In this document: positions 1-15,800 of the stretch, in pieces
Layout: each line of letters begins with the position of its first letter
Numbering within the stretch: the stretch's first letter is position 1
Source of the DNA: Phoronis australis
Lineage: Eukaryota; Animalia; Phoronida
Length of the DNA: 64,000 bases
Direction: 5' to 3'
NCBI GenBank assembly: GCA_002633005.1
Contig: NMRA01000111.1
Coordinates: forward strand, 87,855 to 151,854
Program-made: the position numbers and the translations under genes
The notes under the pieces: generated by a model
The model's input: only the letters and a program-made list of their open reading frames with translations
What the model was told of the DNA's origin: nothing
Databases searched by the model: none

Positions 1-454
1 TCATGAGCGTCAGGGGGAAAAAGGTCTCACATGACTACGGGAATGTATGCATTTCTACATTAAGGTAAGACGGTGTTTCACTAGTGCCACGTAGTGAATT
101 TGGAGTCAACCATTGAGAATTGCACATACACGTCTCCTGCTCTTCTGAGCTCATTCTCGGTAGAAAGAGAAAAAACTTGGGTTTTAGGCTAAAGTTATTT
201 CAGGGAGCCTGCCAACATTTTCAACTAACACTTGTTCGGCTATCAGGCAACGTGCTACGTGTTCAACTGGCTAAGTCCAACAGAAAAGCAAACTGACCTC
301 ACTTAGTGGTGATCAAAATAAACATCTCATTACCAAATCACATAGCTCCTGCAGTACACAAATGTGCACTAATAAGAAACTCTGCCAGTTTCTGGCAAAG
401 TTATGCAAGCTTAGTGAGCAACTTAGAATAATGCAAGTCCACTAAGTCTGAATA

Positions 455-625
455 ATATCGGTCATGTTTGAATATTGGTCATGCTTGGATAATATCAGCC
501 ATGCTTGGATAACATCAGTCATGTTTGAAAGATATTGGTCACACTTGAATTAATGTTGTCCATGCTTGGATAATACAGGCCATGTTTGAATAACATAGGC
601 GATGCTTGACTAGTATTGTCATTGC
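455..625. repeat. Degenerate ~20-bp minisatellite
   Basis: About 8 units resembling CATGCTTGGATAATATCAGC. Confidence 0.75.
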
Positions 626-869
626 TCGAATAAGGTTGTGTACTTTTTAACTTGGTTCACCTTGTCAGAAAGGATTATTCAAGTTCCAAGAACTCTGAGA
701 AGTACCAGTTTACAGGCACATACAAAAACAGTGTATTTTCAAATGCAACAGGCTCTAACAACAAAGAGAGTGGAAAGCTTCCAAACAGACTTCTCGACTT
801 GGCAACTGAACACATAAGGATGTGCCAAGAAATGCTTTTGAACAGACACAATGAGTAAATGACTCGCAC

Positions 870-3800
870 CAGTACAACTTCGTAGACAAGGCCAGCATAA
901 CCCAGACAGTCTTCAGTAAGGTCGTCAACAGAGTTCATAGCAGTACCTCCACAGGCAAGACTCAACCTAGGATAAAACATTAACACTATCAAGTATGTGG
1001 CACTTCAAACACAATCTCATTACTTGGCAGGTCACACCCAGTGGTGTTACAGGGTGATAAAAGACTATTCATCAGTGATCCTCACACCAACAACTCAAAT
1101 GACGACATTTTACAAATTCAATATCAATGATCTAGGTATTCCTGGTTGATACTTTAATTTGGACTTATTCAATATAGTTTAAAACTCTAGCAGACCAACT
1201 ATATTCAAAGATCACAGTTTAAGAAACATTTTGTTGAAAGCCTAAATTCCAATGTAACTACTTCTTCTTCAGCGTTCCCAGCCATAGATAGTCAGTCTGG
1301 TCTTTTGGGCGAAGTCTGCAGTTCGCCGCAATGATGCCGTCGTGCCCGTAACTACTCCAATTTAAAGATTATTTTTCAAAACAAGGACACTCCAAAAATT
1401 CATAGGTTGTATTTCACTACTCACCTCTCCATGTTCCTTCTCTTGGCACGTCGTAACGCCACAATACCCTCTTTAGCAAGCATGTCAAGCGACATGGGAT
1501 CAATGCCCTGCAAAGTCAGACAACACATGGAGAAAGAGACTCTTAGCATGTCTGTCAACTACGATATTGTAACTGGTGTACGCGCTTAACAGGAAATAAA
1601 ACAGTCACTGATGTATACAGGATTGAGTTGCACATTCCACATTTTGCTTTACGGAAGTGCATTATGAGGAGCTTTTACGCTTTGACAAAGGCCTGCCTTT
1701 CCAGCTCACAAACAGAACAGTGTGCATAACAAAACGTTACTTAAAGCTGTATTATATAGCCTGTTTAGCAGGCTGAAAAACAAAATTAAACTAGCGCACT
1801 TTAGTCTGGTAAAATCAGTCTCCATACATAGAATTGATTTCCATTACCAACAAGAACACCGAAACCATCAGTGACCCAATAAACTTTTCAAATTTTATTG
1901 GGGTTGGAAAACATGCATTGCCTGTGACTTGAATAGCTGGCTCATTTGGCAATAGTTCAAGATTGGACGAGTGTGGTGTTTGTAAACCCCAAACTGCTTT
2001 GGTTAAGAATTCAACACTAACAGTTTAACACCAGTGACATGCCCCTTTAAGCATAACAATCAGAACAAGAAACAGTAAATTCTTACAAATTGGTCTCCAC
2101 AAAGGATGGCTTTACACGATTAGCTAGAAGAAGCCCCAACTATCCGAACACCTGCACGTTTGTAAATATTTCCATCTCAGGTAATCAATCAAGGTTTACA
2201 TAAATCAAGTCACCTGACTGTCCACATGACCCAAACAGACTTGCATACCTTTTGATTAATCACAACGAATCCCTTGTCGGTACCATCGCAAACCTTCTTT
2301 TTGAAGTCGATGATTTTTTTCACACGCGAGTCCGTAAAGGCTCGTTCGGCAGCTACCAGCTTCTCGCGCTCGGCAGCACTCTTGTAAAAGAAGCCAGAGT
2401 TCACCTCACTGTAAAAGAAAAAAAGGCACTTTAATAAATAGTCATACCCTGATGTTGCTCCATTACCAGTTACAAGAACCTATGTATAATCTTCAAGATC
2501 AAGTTTTCACTTGTTGACATTTTCAGCAATAAAAACTTATTAATAAGTGACTGTTACATACGTACATACTGGACACAAAACAAAAACTCAATTTATAACT
2601 AGGACACAATTGAATATTAGAAGTGAATTCCACCCAATACCAAAATTCCCATTCAAACAGAAGAGCATACACATTTATGTCCCACCCATGTGAATAACAA
2701 CCAAAATCACACAATAACACCAACAATGCTAGGTTTACCAGCTTACCAAACCTGAGTACCAACAAGCTAGTTTGAAATAGTCCACACACTACACCTCAAG
2801 ATGTTTCAAGAAACATTCATTGCCCACCTCTTTTCATACTCTAGAGACACGTTACATGTCAGAATGTAGGCGTTGTCGACTTTCTTCTTCATATCTGGGT
2901 GACGAGCACCGTGGTCCATGACAATACCCTTCACTAACCTGAAATACAGAGTAAAACTATTTAATAACGGCAAATTTAAACAATTATTGTATTACACTGA
3001 CTTAGTAGCTCAATAGGTCAAAGTACATTGCAGATGACCCAATGTCTTCTGATCTTCTGAGCACGATACAACCAGTTGTGTTCAGGTCTGACCTACATGA
3101 CCCACTTTAAGTCATTGTCAACGTCATAAGTCCCATCCACATTAAAGCAACATGGCCTAGTTTGTATTCATAACACACCTATATGACTTAACATATGCCA
3201 TGTCAGAGTTACATGGCCTAATTTAAGTCACTGCCAAAGCCACAAGTCCCACCCATCTAAGAGCAACGTGGCCTAATTTGTGTTCATGACAGAGCTATAT
3301 GACTTAACCAAGGTTCATGTCAGAGCTACATGACCTACTTTAAGACACTGCCAAAGCCACAAATCCACCCATATCAGAACAACATGCCCTAGTTTGTGTT
3401 CACGATAGACCTATAAGACTTAACCCAAGTACATGTCAGAGCTACCTGAACAACTTTACCTAAGTCACGGTCAAAGCTAGAAGTCCCATCCACATCAGAG
3501 CAACATGACCTAGTTTGTGTTCACGACAGAGCTATATGATTTAACTTATAGCCATGTCAGAGTTACATGACCTACTTTGTATCCATGTCTGTCTTGTGCT
3601 GCATTTCCATGATTTCCACCATGTGAAGATCAATTGGCTCATCTGGCTTTTGAATGGCCAACACAGCATCCACAACTTCCTGATACGGCATAAAAGAAAA
3701 CACATGAACGTACAACTAATCTATCGTCCATTAAGAACTGCACAAGTACCTAACTAGAGATCAAAAACAACTGTGCAGGGGAAAAAATAACACTTTATCG

Positions 3801-6800
3801 AGTTCAAAGGAGCCAACTTGAAGGGCCCTTAATATGCAGTCTTGAGAGTTTTCCATCAACAGAAACACTGTGTTCTCTTATAATTTGTTGTTTTGCACAA
3901 TGGAATTAGCATTATTTCATTTCATCGTACTTGATGAACATCAAACACAACACCAAGGTGTTGAGTCACCACACAGTACCAGTAACTGTTAGTCCACACA
4001 GTACCAGTAACTGCTAGTCCACACAGTACCAGTAACTGCTAGTCCACACAGTACCAGTAACTGCTAGTCCACACAGTACCAGCTAGTCATGAAAATAATT
4101 CTCTGGCAATCCTTAGATGACCAAACCTATAGCACCCACCTCTGTCAATAGATCAGCTAAGTCATGGTGCACCTTCGTACGCAGAGATGTGCGGGCAATG
4201 TTGATTAACACATCACGCTCCATGCTACCCTCAATCTTGATCTTCTCAAGAACCTGGTGAAAACACATTATAATCACGAACTGTTGAACATAAAAACTGC
4301 CCAATTACTAATTAATGACGGCAATGTTTTGACTCAGACGAATGGCTGCTTCATCGAGGCCCCAAGTCATTGAAACGGTCAAACTTACAAGGCCAGTCTC
4401 CCACCAGTGTACAGCACGCTGTCCTATAGAGGCAGCTTGAGTAGTCCCCTTACAGTCATTCAGATGTGTTACGAAAGTGCTTAAGGCAACAGTAAAACAT
4501 GCAATAGGATTCACACAAAACATAATATCGTTTCCTAAAAGATGACCACATCTATTGTAAAATTGAAAATAATAAACTTAATATATAGGGAAAAGAGACA
4601 CTGACGGCAAACGCAAAACAACAGAGCAAAGAGAATTGCATATCTACAGCAGAGAGCAGGTTGAAGATGGCGATGGGCCAAAATCATACAGTCATGGATA
4701 CAAGCGTGCAATTTTGGGTGGCTTTAATGAAGAAAACACTTTCTCGTTATCATCTAAAAGGAAAACTGCTCATCAGAATGACAGCAAGCATGGTATGAGG
4801 GTCCCTAAGACCTATCTGAATAAATACATATCTGCAGGTAGGTCTGCTGGGTCACCCAATTAATTGTATACAGCTACAGTTATCTACAGGCAAGCAACAC
4901 TATTATACCTCCAATGCCTTGGTCTTGGCCAAATCAAAACCCTCGGTGACGATCCTCGGGTGAAGTCCCTCATCAACGTAGAGGTCAGCCTGCTTCAACA
5001 GCTCCCCAATAATGAGCACGTTGGATGTGGTGCCGTCACCCGTGATGTCATCCTGCGCCGTTGCTACACGTGCAATCAGTGAGGCCGTCGGATGTTGGAT
5101 TTGCTGTAACAAAGTTTAAATTCAATGAATGGATATGATTATGACAAGCAAATGACGCACCACAAGGACAGATTCTTGATGAACATCATGAAGAAAATTA
5201 CAATTTCGAGTTGCCCTTCAAGGTCTGTATGGCAGTTCATCAAATTTTGAAAACAAGACATGCAAGAAATTTGAAAAATTTGTGTACATTTATTTCGAGC
5301 ACATAGTGATGAAACAAAACGTGTTACCGCGCTTAAGTTGAGAAATTAAACAGCAGGGAATGGGCATTAACTTGAGCATGTTTCCTTAAGAACTCTGGCA
5401 AGTACAGGTAATTTCCCAGTCTAAATATGGCAAGGTTTCGCCGAAAAGGACTGATCATTATTTAAAGGTAAGTAGCCTACTTTTTCGGGCATTCACAGAA
5501 ACGCGGTACTTTTAGGGAGGTTTTGGTCGAATAAATTGAGGGTGGGCGATAACTCAAGGAGTGCTTAAAGGTGAAAATTCAGAAACTTCAAATCCGAGCT
5601 ATAACCCGAACATGGGAGTTATCCTGGACGAGTACGGTAACAGTACAATTTTCATTCACACGCCGTATTAACACAAGGGAAACAACAAGTGGTATGTAAG
5701 AAGTTTACAATTTTTGTTTCTTTTCGGAAACAGTTCAGTGCCAATAAATCTTGTTCGTCAAAAACAAGACAAATTAAAAATCTTGCGATAATAAGGAAAC
5801 AGGAAAACATTACCATTTCATGAAGAAGAACATTTCCATCTTTGGTAAGCTTAATATCACCCGAACCAGACACCAACCTAAAAGACAAATGGAGTCTTCG
5901 TTAAGCCTAAGGTGACAAATACAGGACAGTATTTAAATATAAGGTGACAAATACAGGAGAGCGAATAAGTGCTCTCCGTTCTTTGCCATTTTTGTTAAGT
6001 TGTGTACACACAGATTTACTCTAGAACAACTAACACTAGTGCAATTTGCGGCACACATGTCCACACGCACATATCAGAAAACTAGCACAAGGCGGTACTT
6101 GTTGCTGTGTGCAAGAAAATGAACAGCTGGTGCAAATACAACGCGCAACGGAAAACCGCTACACTGCAAATAGAAGTGGCGCAATTCACCCCAGAACAAG
6201 TTACCCTACCTTGATAAGGTGGATTAAGTTGTCAAACGCGGGCAAGTTGCACTAGTCTAAATAGCATCCAGACAGTCCTCAGACCTAGCAACAACTCGTT
6301 CCACAACTTGTTTGGGGAAAGTTTGTGTGTGGACGACACTTTAGCAATGCAGAGCAAGCTAGGTCACCACTAGTTTGACCCATCCTACACTGCTAAGCCA
6401 AGATGAGAAACAACTCAAAAAGACATTCCACTTCAACCTCATGATATCACCGCCAGTGGTGAAAGAGCACATCTTGAGAGCACAAACATTAGCCATAAAA
6501 CCACACTACTCAACAAGTAATTCCATACTACCGTAAACGTTCGGGTTAACGCCCTGGGCGGTTAAATTGGCAAACCCAAAAAATCGGGGGTGGGCGGTTA
6601 ACCAGACATGGGCGCTTAAACATGAAACTTCAAAAAATCCAGGGTGGGCGGTTAACCGAACATGGGTGCTTATTACGACAGGCAAGCGCCCTGGGCGGTT
6701 AATCTTACCTCGTGATCTAAGTACCCACACCACACATGTAGTCGTAGGCCTACTCGGAACGCGTAGCACTTTTCAAAGAGCGTTATCGTCACGTCGCCAC

Positions 6801-9800
6801 ATGACGGGAAAAATGTCATAACAGCGGATGATCCTAACAAAGGTTATCATGCCCTCAGATTACTTATTCACTATTAAATTTACAGAATTGCTGAGTAATA
6901 GCCCCGTGCCGTCCTGCGGTCTTGTTATTTAGCGCTGTAGTGTAGAGTGCAGACGACAAGTGACCAGTGACCACGCAGCCTCTACTTGGATTGCAACTAT
7001 TTCATCTTGCTTAAGTGCGCGCGTGCAAGCTTCACGTGTTGCAGAGGTCACAGCAGACATCAGATTTATGGTTACAGTCTCGTACTAGGTGACAAGTTCA
7101 TAGTCAGAGAGCAGTTTTAAAATTGGTTGTAATAAAAGTTTGAAAACCTTAATTCAGATGTTTTTTGTGTTTGGGATGTTTATAGTCAACACACCGTGAC
7201 TCAATGACATTTTCAGCGTATGGTTCTGTGGCTTGCTGTTTTATCTCGACTGGCCGGCATTGCTCATTTGCCGTTGCGCCAAACATGCTCGGCAAAGAAG
7301 TAGGCCCAAGACAAGAATCGGGGTTAAGCGGCCGAGTGCCACTCGTCAATCACGAATAAAATTTCGAGCCACGGCATAAATATGTGATAAAACGCTACAA
7401 AACAGCGATGTTTCAATTCATAAACGATCACCTTACCAAACTTTGTGGTGGAAAAACATTTATTTTTCATGTAAGATGTCCAGATTATCCTATTTGTATC
7501 ACTTCCACTGTTCGGTCCTGTTGTTAGCGCGCAATGTCTCAGTCGGCTGACAATCGTGACTTGGAAATGCCGTCAAGTAATATAACGGCCTCTTTCAATA
7601 TGCATCTCGTTTTTTATGGCCAAAGATAGCGGCGGGATTCAGCACGCACGTAGAGCCTACGTGCGAGTCACCTGTCAATCACATGTTGGTGTCAAGGTAA
7701 CATGCACTCCAAAGTGTGGGAACTTGCGCGCGTGCACCACTACAAAGTCACACATCAAAAGAGAATAGCGACAGTCCTAAGTAACAGAAACGGGCGTGAC
7801 TATATACTTTTAACCATTGTCTCATTTCTCTGGCCTGATTTTTTTGAATATATGTTTTATCAAGTGCACTGCAGACGAAAACTCAGCGCGGCAGACAAAG
7901 TCGCTGAAAGCGGAGGTTTTGACGCTGTCGGCGTTCTTAAACTTTGCAAACATGGGAAGAAAATAAAGTGACAAAAACGTTCAAGTGTTATATTTTGAAG
8001 TGAGTCCATGACCCAAGACAATAACTCGTTACTTATATAATTGCAATTCACATTGCTAAACCACCGTCTCGGAGGCCCGGCGTCGTTGCGCTCATTGTGA
8101 TCATCGATATTTTTCTAAAAGTCTTGGAATAGCGCGTTTCCTTAGCACTGGGCGCTAAATCTTCATTCTTTAAAAGTCGGGGATGGGCGCTTAACCGAGA
8201 GATGGGCGCTTAACTGGAAATCTTCAAAAATCGCAGGGGGGCGCTTAACCGAGCAGTGGGCGGTTAAATCGAAAATCCACTTAAAGTCGGGGATGGGCGG
8301 TTAACTGAGCATGGGCGTTAACCCGAACGTTTACGGTAAATCAAATTTAAAGCAAAATTCAATGCATCTAATTGTATCCATTAGTTCACTGTTTGCTGGC
8401 AACTCAACAGTTAACGGATTACGGGAACACGTACGCAATGGATTTGAATTACGAGCCAACATATCCAGGCGACTTTTCGGGCAACTTCAAAAGCTACAGC
8501 AACAACAGTGTTTCAAGAAGTATAGATTCCAAAGAGCCACTGATCATTCTCATCTATATATCGACTGTGGTTTTCATCAGAAGCACACTATCAGTGTGTT
8601 GATCTGTTCACCTGGCATAACAGGGCTCGACGCTATTAAAATCGCCAGGTCGCAAAATGCAACCTAGCCAAAATCCCAGGTCGCATTTTCAAAATCCAGC
8701 TCGCATTCGTAAATGCCAGGTCGCAAAATTTTCCCGCCATTTTTACGCACCAAAATAGATTTTTTTAGATCATCGAGAAAATGTTTAAATTATGCTCTTA
8801 CCTGCAGCGTTAAATACTCACAAATTTCGGATCTCAAAATTGACTTCATTCATGCAGATACGGCCTTACTGTTCTTCACGACCGCCATTGAAAGACTCTA
8901 GAGCGCAAGGCAGGTTGCCGACGTGAAAGTTGAATCATTGCTCTCTAACTGACTTGTGTATTCGAGTAGCTAAATTTGCGATGTGAAAAGGGAGAAAATT
9001 CCCGTTGAAAAAGTACCCGAGATTTTGTTAGATCTGGCCTGCTACTGGCTGTCATCAAAGTCTTTAACGATTCAAACTAAATCGGGTAATGGCGAGTTTG
9101 CTCCTCAATACCTTCCAAGTACAGGAAAATTAGGTCAGTCACAAAACGACACGCATGTCACTAGTGTTAACTTTCTTTCCGACGTATAAAACAAAGCCGG
9201 GATTTGATTTTTACATATTGTGAAAAGACGTTTTTGAAAACTGAAGTTTTGTAAAATGAAAGAGACACACCATACAAGCTGCGTGTCAATTTTAAACCAC
9301 ACGCGGTCGTTTGTATTGCGCTATGATGGGCGCTAGCTTGAACTGTGGGCGCTTAATTGGAAATTCTCAAAATTTAAGGGGGGACTTTTAATAGATCAGT
9401 GAGCGCTTATTATGAAACACTTTAAAGGTAGGGAGTAGGCTCGTGCATGAGCATAGTCGTTAACCTCAGTGTTTGCGGTAATAAGGTATTAACACGCTGC
9501 AATGGTAAGAAACGTTATAATAATACGATTTTGCGAGGCAAACTCCATCTAGTATAGGGGTGACTTTCTGGATATCGTTACCACCTACACTGTACCCTTT
9601 TTAGCCACCCGGAATGTTTTTGTTTTTAACTGCTCGCTTCAGCCGGAAAAAGGTTGTTTCTATAGGAGTCTGAACATTTTACGGTGACGGTGGTTCGGGG
9701 AGCGAAAAGTTGCCGGGGAGGGGGGGTATAAAGAGAAGAATGAAAATTTCGCTAACTTGAACCACAATTTCGCATCTAGTGCCAGTTTAGTTGCAATAGC

Positions 9801-12800
9801 TGGCTACGGGCATAGAATACAGGGCTTACAGAACATCGACCTCGGGAAACATCGGAACAGGATAACGTTAGTTCTGGGTTATATCGGTCCCGGGACATCG
9901 GGTCTTTTATAACCGCTGGGAATCTGACTTCATTTTCAAATAAACCAGAGCCAAGCCGGTATTCTCTTTCATTTAGGACTGTCGCTGTTCTTTGAAGTGG
10001 TGCGCACGCATGAGTTCACGCACTTGAATCGCTGGAGTAGGCCTACACTTTACGTTGGCAACAACGTGTGAAAGACAAATCATATTTCGCGCAGTAGCCC
10101 CAGAAACAAGTAAAGGGTTTGAGAATTTCTTGGCAACTGAAACTAAAGACGTGACCGTCGTTTGGCGATTAATAAGGTTGTCATTTTCACTTTGGTTGTC
10201 TTAATACGATAAAAAGGAGAAGCACATCTCAGTCTAAGTCACGATTGTCTGCCGGGACCGCTTGCGCGCGGCGGTGCCGCAGTGCGATATCAGGGATATT
10301 GTCGTGGATATTTGGTACATGTAATAAGGACATCTTATGTGAAAAATAAAATTTTTGTCCACCACAAAGTTCGGTAAGTTGATAGCTTAAGAATTTGTAG
10401 AAACACCGTTGTTTTGTGAAGTTTTATCACGTGTTAAGCTGTGGCCCGAAACTTTCTTCGGCGAATCCGAGAATTTACAAAAGTGGTCGAAAGTGTTAGC
10501 CAATGAAACGCGTCAAAGATCGATTCTGCATATCCCATGTTCACGCGACTTGCTTACAAGTCATCGGGAGGGCTGTTCTCGGTTAGTGTTCTTTTGAACT
10601 TGGATTTGGCAACAACCAAATTACGGTCGGATTAACAAGAGCTGCTTTGTATTTGCCAGGTATCAGTTGAGAAGTGTAAAAACTCAGCTCGCATTCGTTG
10701 GAAATTCCAGGTCGCATTTTGCGACTTGATACGAGCTGACAAATATCTCAGCTCGCATTTCCAAATTTCAGGTCGCAAATGCGAGTTGCAGCTCGTTATG
10801 TCGAGCCCTGCATAAGGAACACAGGAGTCAGTATCAGGATTACAGATGACAGCACCTGATGAAAACCATAGCCTTCATAACAAGTAAAGGACTTTTAGTC
10901 ACTGAGCCACATAATGTTGAATACCCGTGTTCAATGGTGACACAAGAGAGTTGACCGTTATCCTGCCCCAGTCTGCAAATGCATTATTTTCGCATTCATA
11001 GTTCGTACAAACATTTGACAGCCCAACTTTTAAGACATATTAAAGTTATTTCACAACATTGTTCAGAAAAATATTCCACATGCCTAGCAAAATACCTTAT
11101 CTTCAATCTCGGGGGAATTCAAATGCAAAATATATAGCAAGAAAGAAATTTTGCAGAACCACCTTCAACCGCCTGGAAATTTGTTAATTACAAGTTCAAA
11201 GGTTATAGAGCTGTTCATCAAATCAAATTTCCCGCCACATATATGTAGTTTTGCATGGATCCACAATTTACAGTCCTCTCATTCACCGAGTTGCCATATT
11301 GAGTCAACGAAGTGCACATAGCATAGAAAGATGCCGTGGAAAACCAAGACAACGTAAAGTTTTGATCCTGAGGGATAGAGCATCTGCATACATATGACCA
11401 CTAAAGTAAGACCAATGCACTGAATAGCTACAAGGAATCTGGTACACAAACACAGGCGAATTGTGAAAAAAAGATAAATCCTTTCCCAAATTTATTCGTT
11501 TCATCGGTATGACGTTTTACTGTTTTATTCTCCTGCTCAATGCGTACTTTAACCACAGATACTTGATTTCTACTCTCCGCTTCACAGTTAGCTTCAGCAT
11601 GGTTCAAATGTTGTATACCACAATGCACTGGTGACCTCCTAACACTAACTCCTGTGACCTATTTCATCTGTTTTTACATGTTATGAGTTAGAATGCACGT
11701 CACTAAATAAGGTTTGAGAAAACCTTAATATGAATTTAAGGCTTCTCCGGGAATCCCCGGCCATACTTTATGTAGCAAACATGCCAAGATCCTGGCTAAA
11801 GAAGAGAACTGGTTCTCAAGAAAGATTAAAGAATCCATATACATCAAGACCAACAAGACCACCATGAATCGAGATCAAGGATTGCAGCTTCCACCAAACT
11901 ACGACGCCATACTTCTTCCAGAGAATAGAACGACCGGAAACCAGGACGCCCCCCTACCATTCGTTTATAAAGGACTGTAGAATACAGACTGAAACGTCGA
12001 ACTCTTAAATCTTAAGTCTCTGAGTAAGTTGATTTTACTTATAACAATGTTTTATGTGTTAATAAAACACAACGTCTTGATGCAACCAAATACATGTGTT
12101 GTCAATTACATCAACCCTTTTTGCGAAAGGAACACTTGGCTAGTTCCCGCTGCAAACTGCAGATGGCTTAGAAAAGTACCACTACTGTGTAATGTGTATT
12201 ACTGTGGGGTAATGCCAATTTACAAACTTATCTCCCCTTACTTCACAAATTATTATTCTAGCATTAAAACAAAATGACAAAACTTGTAATTCAAAATTGC
12301 CAATAAAATCTTAACGGTAAGCGGTCTGTATAATTTTTGTGACAGAAGGCAAGTTTATATGCACTTTTAATCTGAAACAAAACATTGTTGTGAATCGTGT
12401 TTTGGAGTGGAAGCATTTGTTTTGATATTGCTGTTTTTTTAATACGGCGAGTAAGAATTCTAATAACACTCACTAAAAGCCTGGGCAGAATGTAATTCAC
12501 TGTTTTAACATGAAGATTCACCACAATAATTCAATTTATCCAAGTCGGAAGTATGCAATCACACAGCTTGACGTAAAACCGCGTGGGACTTCAAAACCAA
12601 ATCATTGTTCTACAATAGAATCATAAACTGTTATCTTAACTTCATTTTGAACCTTTCTTGAAACCAAGAAAATGTAATTAATAGAATACCATGACATGAA
12701 AATCACACTTAATTCTTTGAGCAGTATGCAGAAGGTGTTAGATGAATTCATGCACACTGAAGAGATTACGTTACCTCTGGACCTACTTACATTAAGGTCA

Positions 12801-15800
12801 TTTTGTGAGATGAAACCAAACTCAAATCTGACAAGTTAATTCTCTCTACATAAAGCATTAAGGAATATCAAAGGACCTGTGTTTTAATATCAGACCAGTG
12901 CTGAAGATTTTCTATTTTGAGGCAAGACTAAGGCAAGAGAGGGAGTAAAGTGAAGCGTCTATAAGGCTACCCTTGTTGTATATTTCAAGTAAACAGTGTA
13001 CGTGTGCAAGACAGAAATGAATGAGACGGACATGAATTTCAAGCTTACATATCCTGGAGATATTTCTGAAAACTTTTCAAACTACGCCAATGGTAGTTTA
13101 ATCGAAAGAGGAAATGTCAGAAAAACGTCGTTAATATTCCTAGTATTGAACTCTATATATTTTACCATTTCACTTATTGGAAACGCATTAACACTGTGTG
13201 TGTTCACAAGGAAATCATCTCGTAAGAGATCCAGCAGTATGTATTTCATCAACCTGGCGTGTTTTGACACCATAGTTTTGTTTCTTCACTTTTTGAAAGT
13301 TTGCGTATTCCGTGTCCATCCAGAGACCATCAGCCATCCTGTTGTATGCATCATATGGCGGAGCTGCCTGCAGAATAGCCGCAAAATTTCCAACTGGACT
13401 CTAGTAGCTCTTACTACTGACCGCATGATTGCAGTACTATTCCCGTTTCGAGCCATCACCATGTGCACCGCAAAAAGAGCCGTCTGTGTCATCATTGCAA
13501 TTATATCTATCATGTCTGTTACTGCAGTAAAGAACGTTTGGTTAGTAAGCGTTGACAATGGGTTCTGCGCAGCCTATAATAAACTTTACATGGACATTGT
13601 TCGCCCGTTCACATTGATCGAACTGGGAATAGAAGGATTAATACCATCCAGTCTTATCCTAATACTTAATATCTCTATCCTGGTTGGTTTGGCTAAACAA
13701 AGAGCACAGATGTCCAGGCAAAATGAAGGATTCATGCAGAACAATTTCAGGCGAGATCGGCAGATTACTTGGATGCTGTTGTTTGTAACATTTGTCTTTC
13801 TAATTACTACAATCCCACACTTGCTCTTTCGAATCCTCAGAATACAAGGGGTGATTTGCCCTTTGCCGAATCATGGCCCTGGCAGTAAAGTGTGTAAGCG
13901 TGTTATGGACAGTCTTCAGAGCCTAAAGATGTGCAGTTACGCCGTTAACTTCATCCTCTACTGCATCCAAGGTTCCACGTTCAGAAAGGAGTTGAAGTTA
14001 GTATTCTGTTCAGCATGCACTCGAGAGACAACAAACACAGGAGCCAGGAGTGGCACTATAGGTGGCAGCATGCAGTCACTGTCTATTTATGAATTGTAAT
14101 GTCATCTTGAAAGTCCACGAATTTCAACTACGTTTATGTCACGCACAAGATGAATGGACTCATACAGAACTGCACTTGTCGTTGAAATAGAAATTCTGTG
14201 ACTGATACAGACATCCAAACAAACTTCCTTTATAGGTACAATGTACATTTGAATTGCACATGTGAACTCATCTCCCATATGAAAACATTGTGTTTGCCGC
14301 AAGCATGCCACCAACACGCACCAACCTTACAGCAAACATTCTGTTTGTAGCAATCAGCGGAATGTTTAGGATTAGTCATCCTTTCAGATTGAGCAGACTA
14401 AAGGTTTTCAAATTCACTTCAAATTTTTGACAGGTAAAAAAGCAACGTGTTGTTTCAAATATCTATGTGATGACCTAAGTCTTGCAAGTTCGCTGACCCA
14501 ATGCTGGTTCACCTTGATCAGAAAACCTAGCTAGAGTTCAACAAATCATCATAAACTTGCTGTAAATCTTTCCCAAGTTCTCTATATTTCGTCATAAAAC
14601 AATTGCCGAGCATTTCTACATAGTATTACGCACTGATTTTGCAATAAAACATTGTCTGTGAACCACTCAAAAGAAAAAAGCCGCTGTTCTCGGGTACTGT
14701 CCTGGTAATTTCTCCTTATTCGGCTTTTGATGAAAGCAGATCATCAGAAACATTGTTTGAACATATGTCATGGTTGGATGAAAAATTCCGACTCTCGTCT
14801 ATTCATTTCCGGCTTTAGTTTAATCTGCAACTTGGTCATTTGCCAGGTTGTGAAACAAAATTTGAGGTCACTTTGGACAACTTCAGGTGGCCAAAGCAAC
14901 AGATTTTGCATAACTTAAACATTCAGTGTTTAGCAAAGCTGTGGCACTTGATTTTAAATCAAATATCTTATAACTTGAGATGTGGCGTTGTTGTCAATTT
15001 ACATTGCGAGCTACAGTCACCAGTTGAGGCAGTTACTAATGTTTCCTTCTTTTGTATATTTTTTCAAAAGCAATGATTTAGTCTATCAAAGCAGCAAAAA
15101 TATATTTTAAATCTGAAACTAGAGGCGTGGGGTCCAGTGCTTTCCTGATATTATGTGACTCACTATAGGAAGAGTTAAATCTGGCCGAGCAGGTCCTCAG
15201 CACTTGCTGTAACATACAAAGATGCACGCGCGGCATTTCTTAATCAAATGGTAAAGCAGGTAAGTACGCCATAGCACCTTGCCACCATTCCTGGCTCGCG
15301 TTTCCCCGATTGACCTATCGCCAGGATTTTGAGTGACGGCTTAACTGACAATTTAGAAACTCATCATTCTTGACACACCTTCGTTTCCAAGCAACCATTT
15401 TACCCCACAAACAACACGTTGCCAGGTAAAACTTATTGTTTTTTAGTCGACATTATGCAAGGGGGCGGAGCTTACGATAGGTCAATTGTGACGACCACAT
15501 TCTCCATTTGGTGACTTGGGAACTTTGCCAGGTCGCATTTAACCAGTTGAGCGAAGTGTTAATCCCTGAAGTTTTATACATATTTCAAAATGAAGACGAC
15601 ATTTTCAGTACATGTAACCTTAAGCCTAGCTGTTTAAACCTAGAAAAGATTGAAAATGATATTTACAGGTGTAAATCAGACTTAAGACCATTGAAGTTTA
15701 TATGTAAAAATACGGCAAAGGTTAAGAGAGTGATTACATTAATTTGTCAGTCCTGCATTAATCCTTGTCATACACTAAGTCCTCAAGATAATCTAGGAGG

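Noticed and set aside
967-5813. Intronic snoRNAs (vertebrate CCT6A hosts H/ACA snoRNAs)
   Set aside because: I could not identify convincing box/hairpin architecture by eye; an Infernal/Rfam search is needed.
11960-12005. Hammerhead ribozyme at the Penelope fragment end
   Set aside because: The GAAAC half is present but the CTGANGA core is not; at best a decayed remnant.
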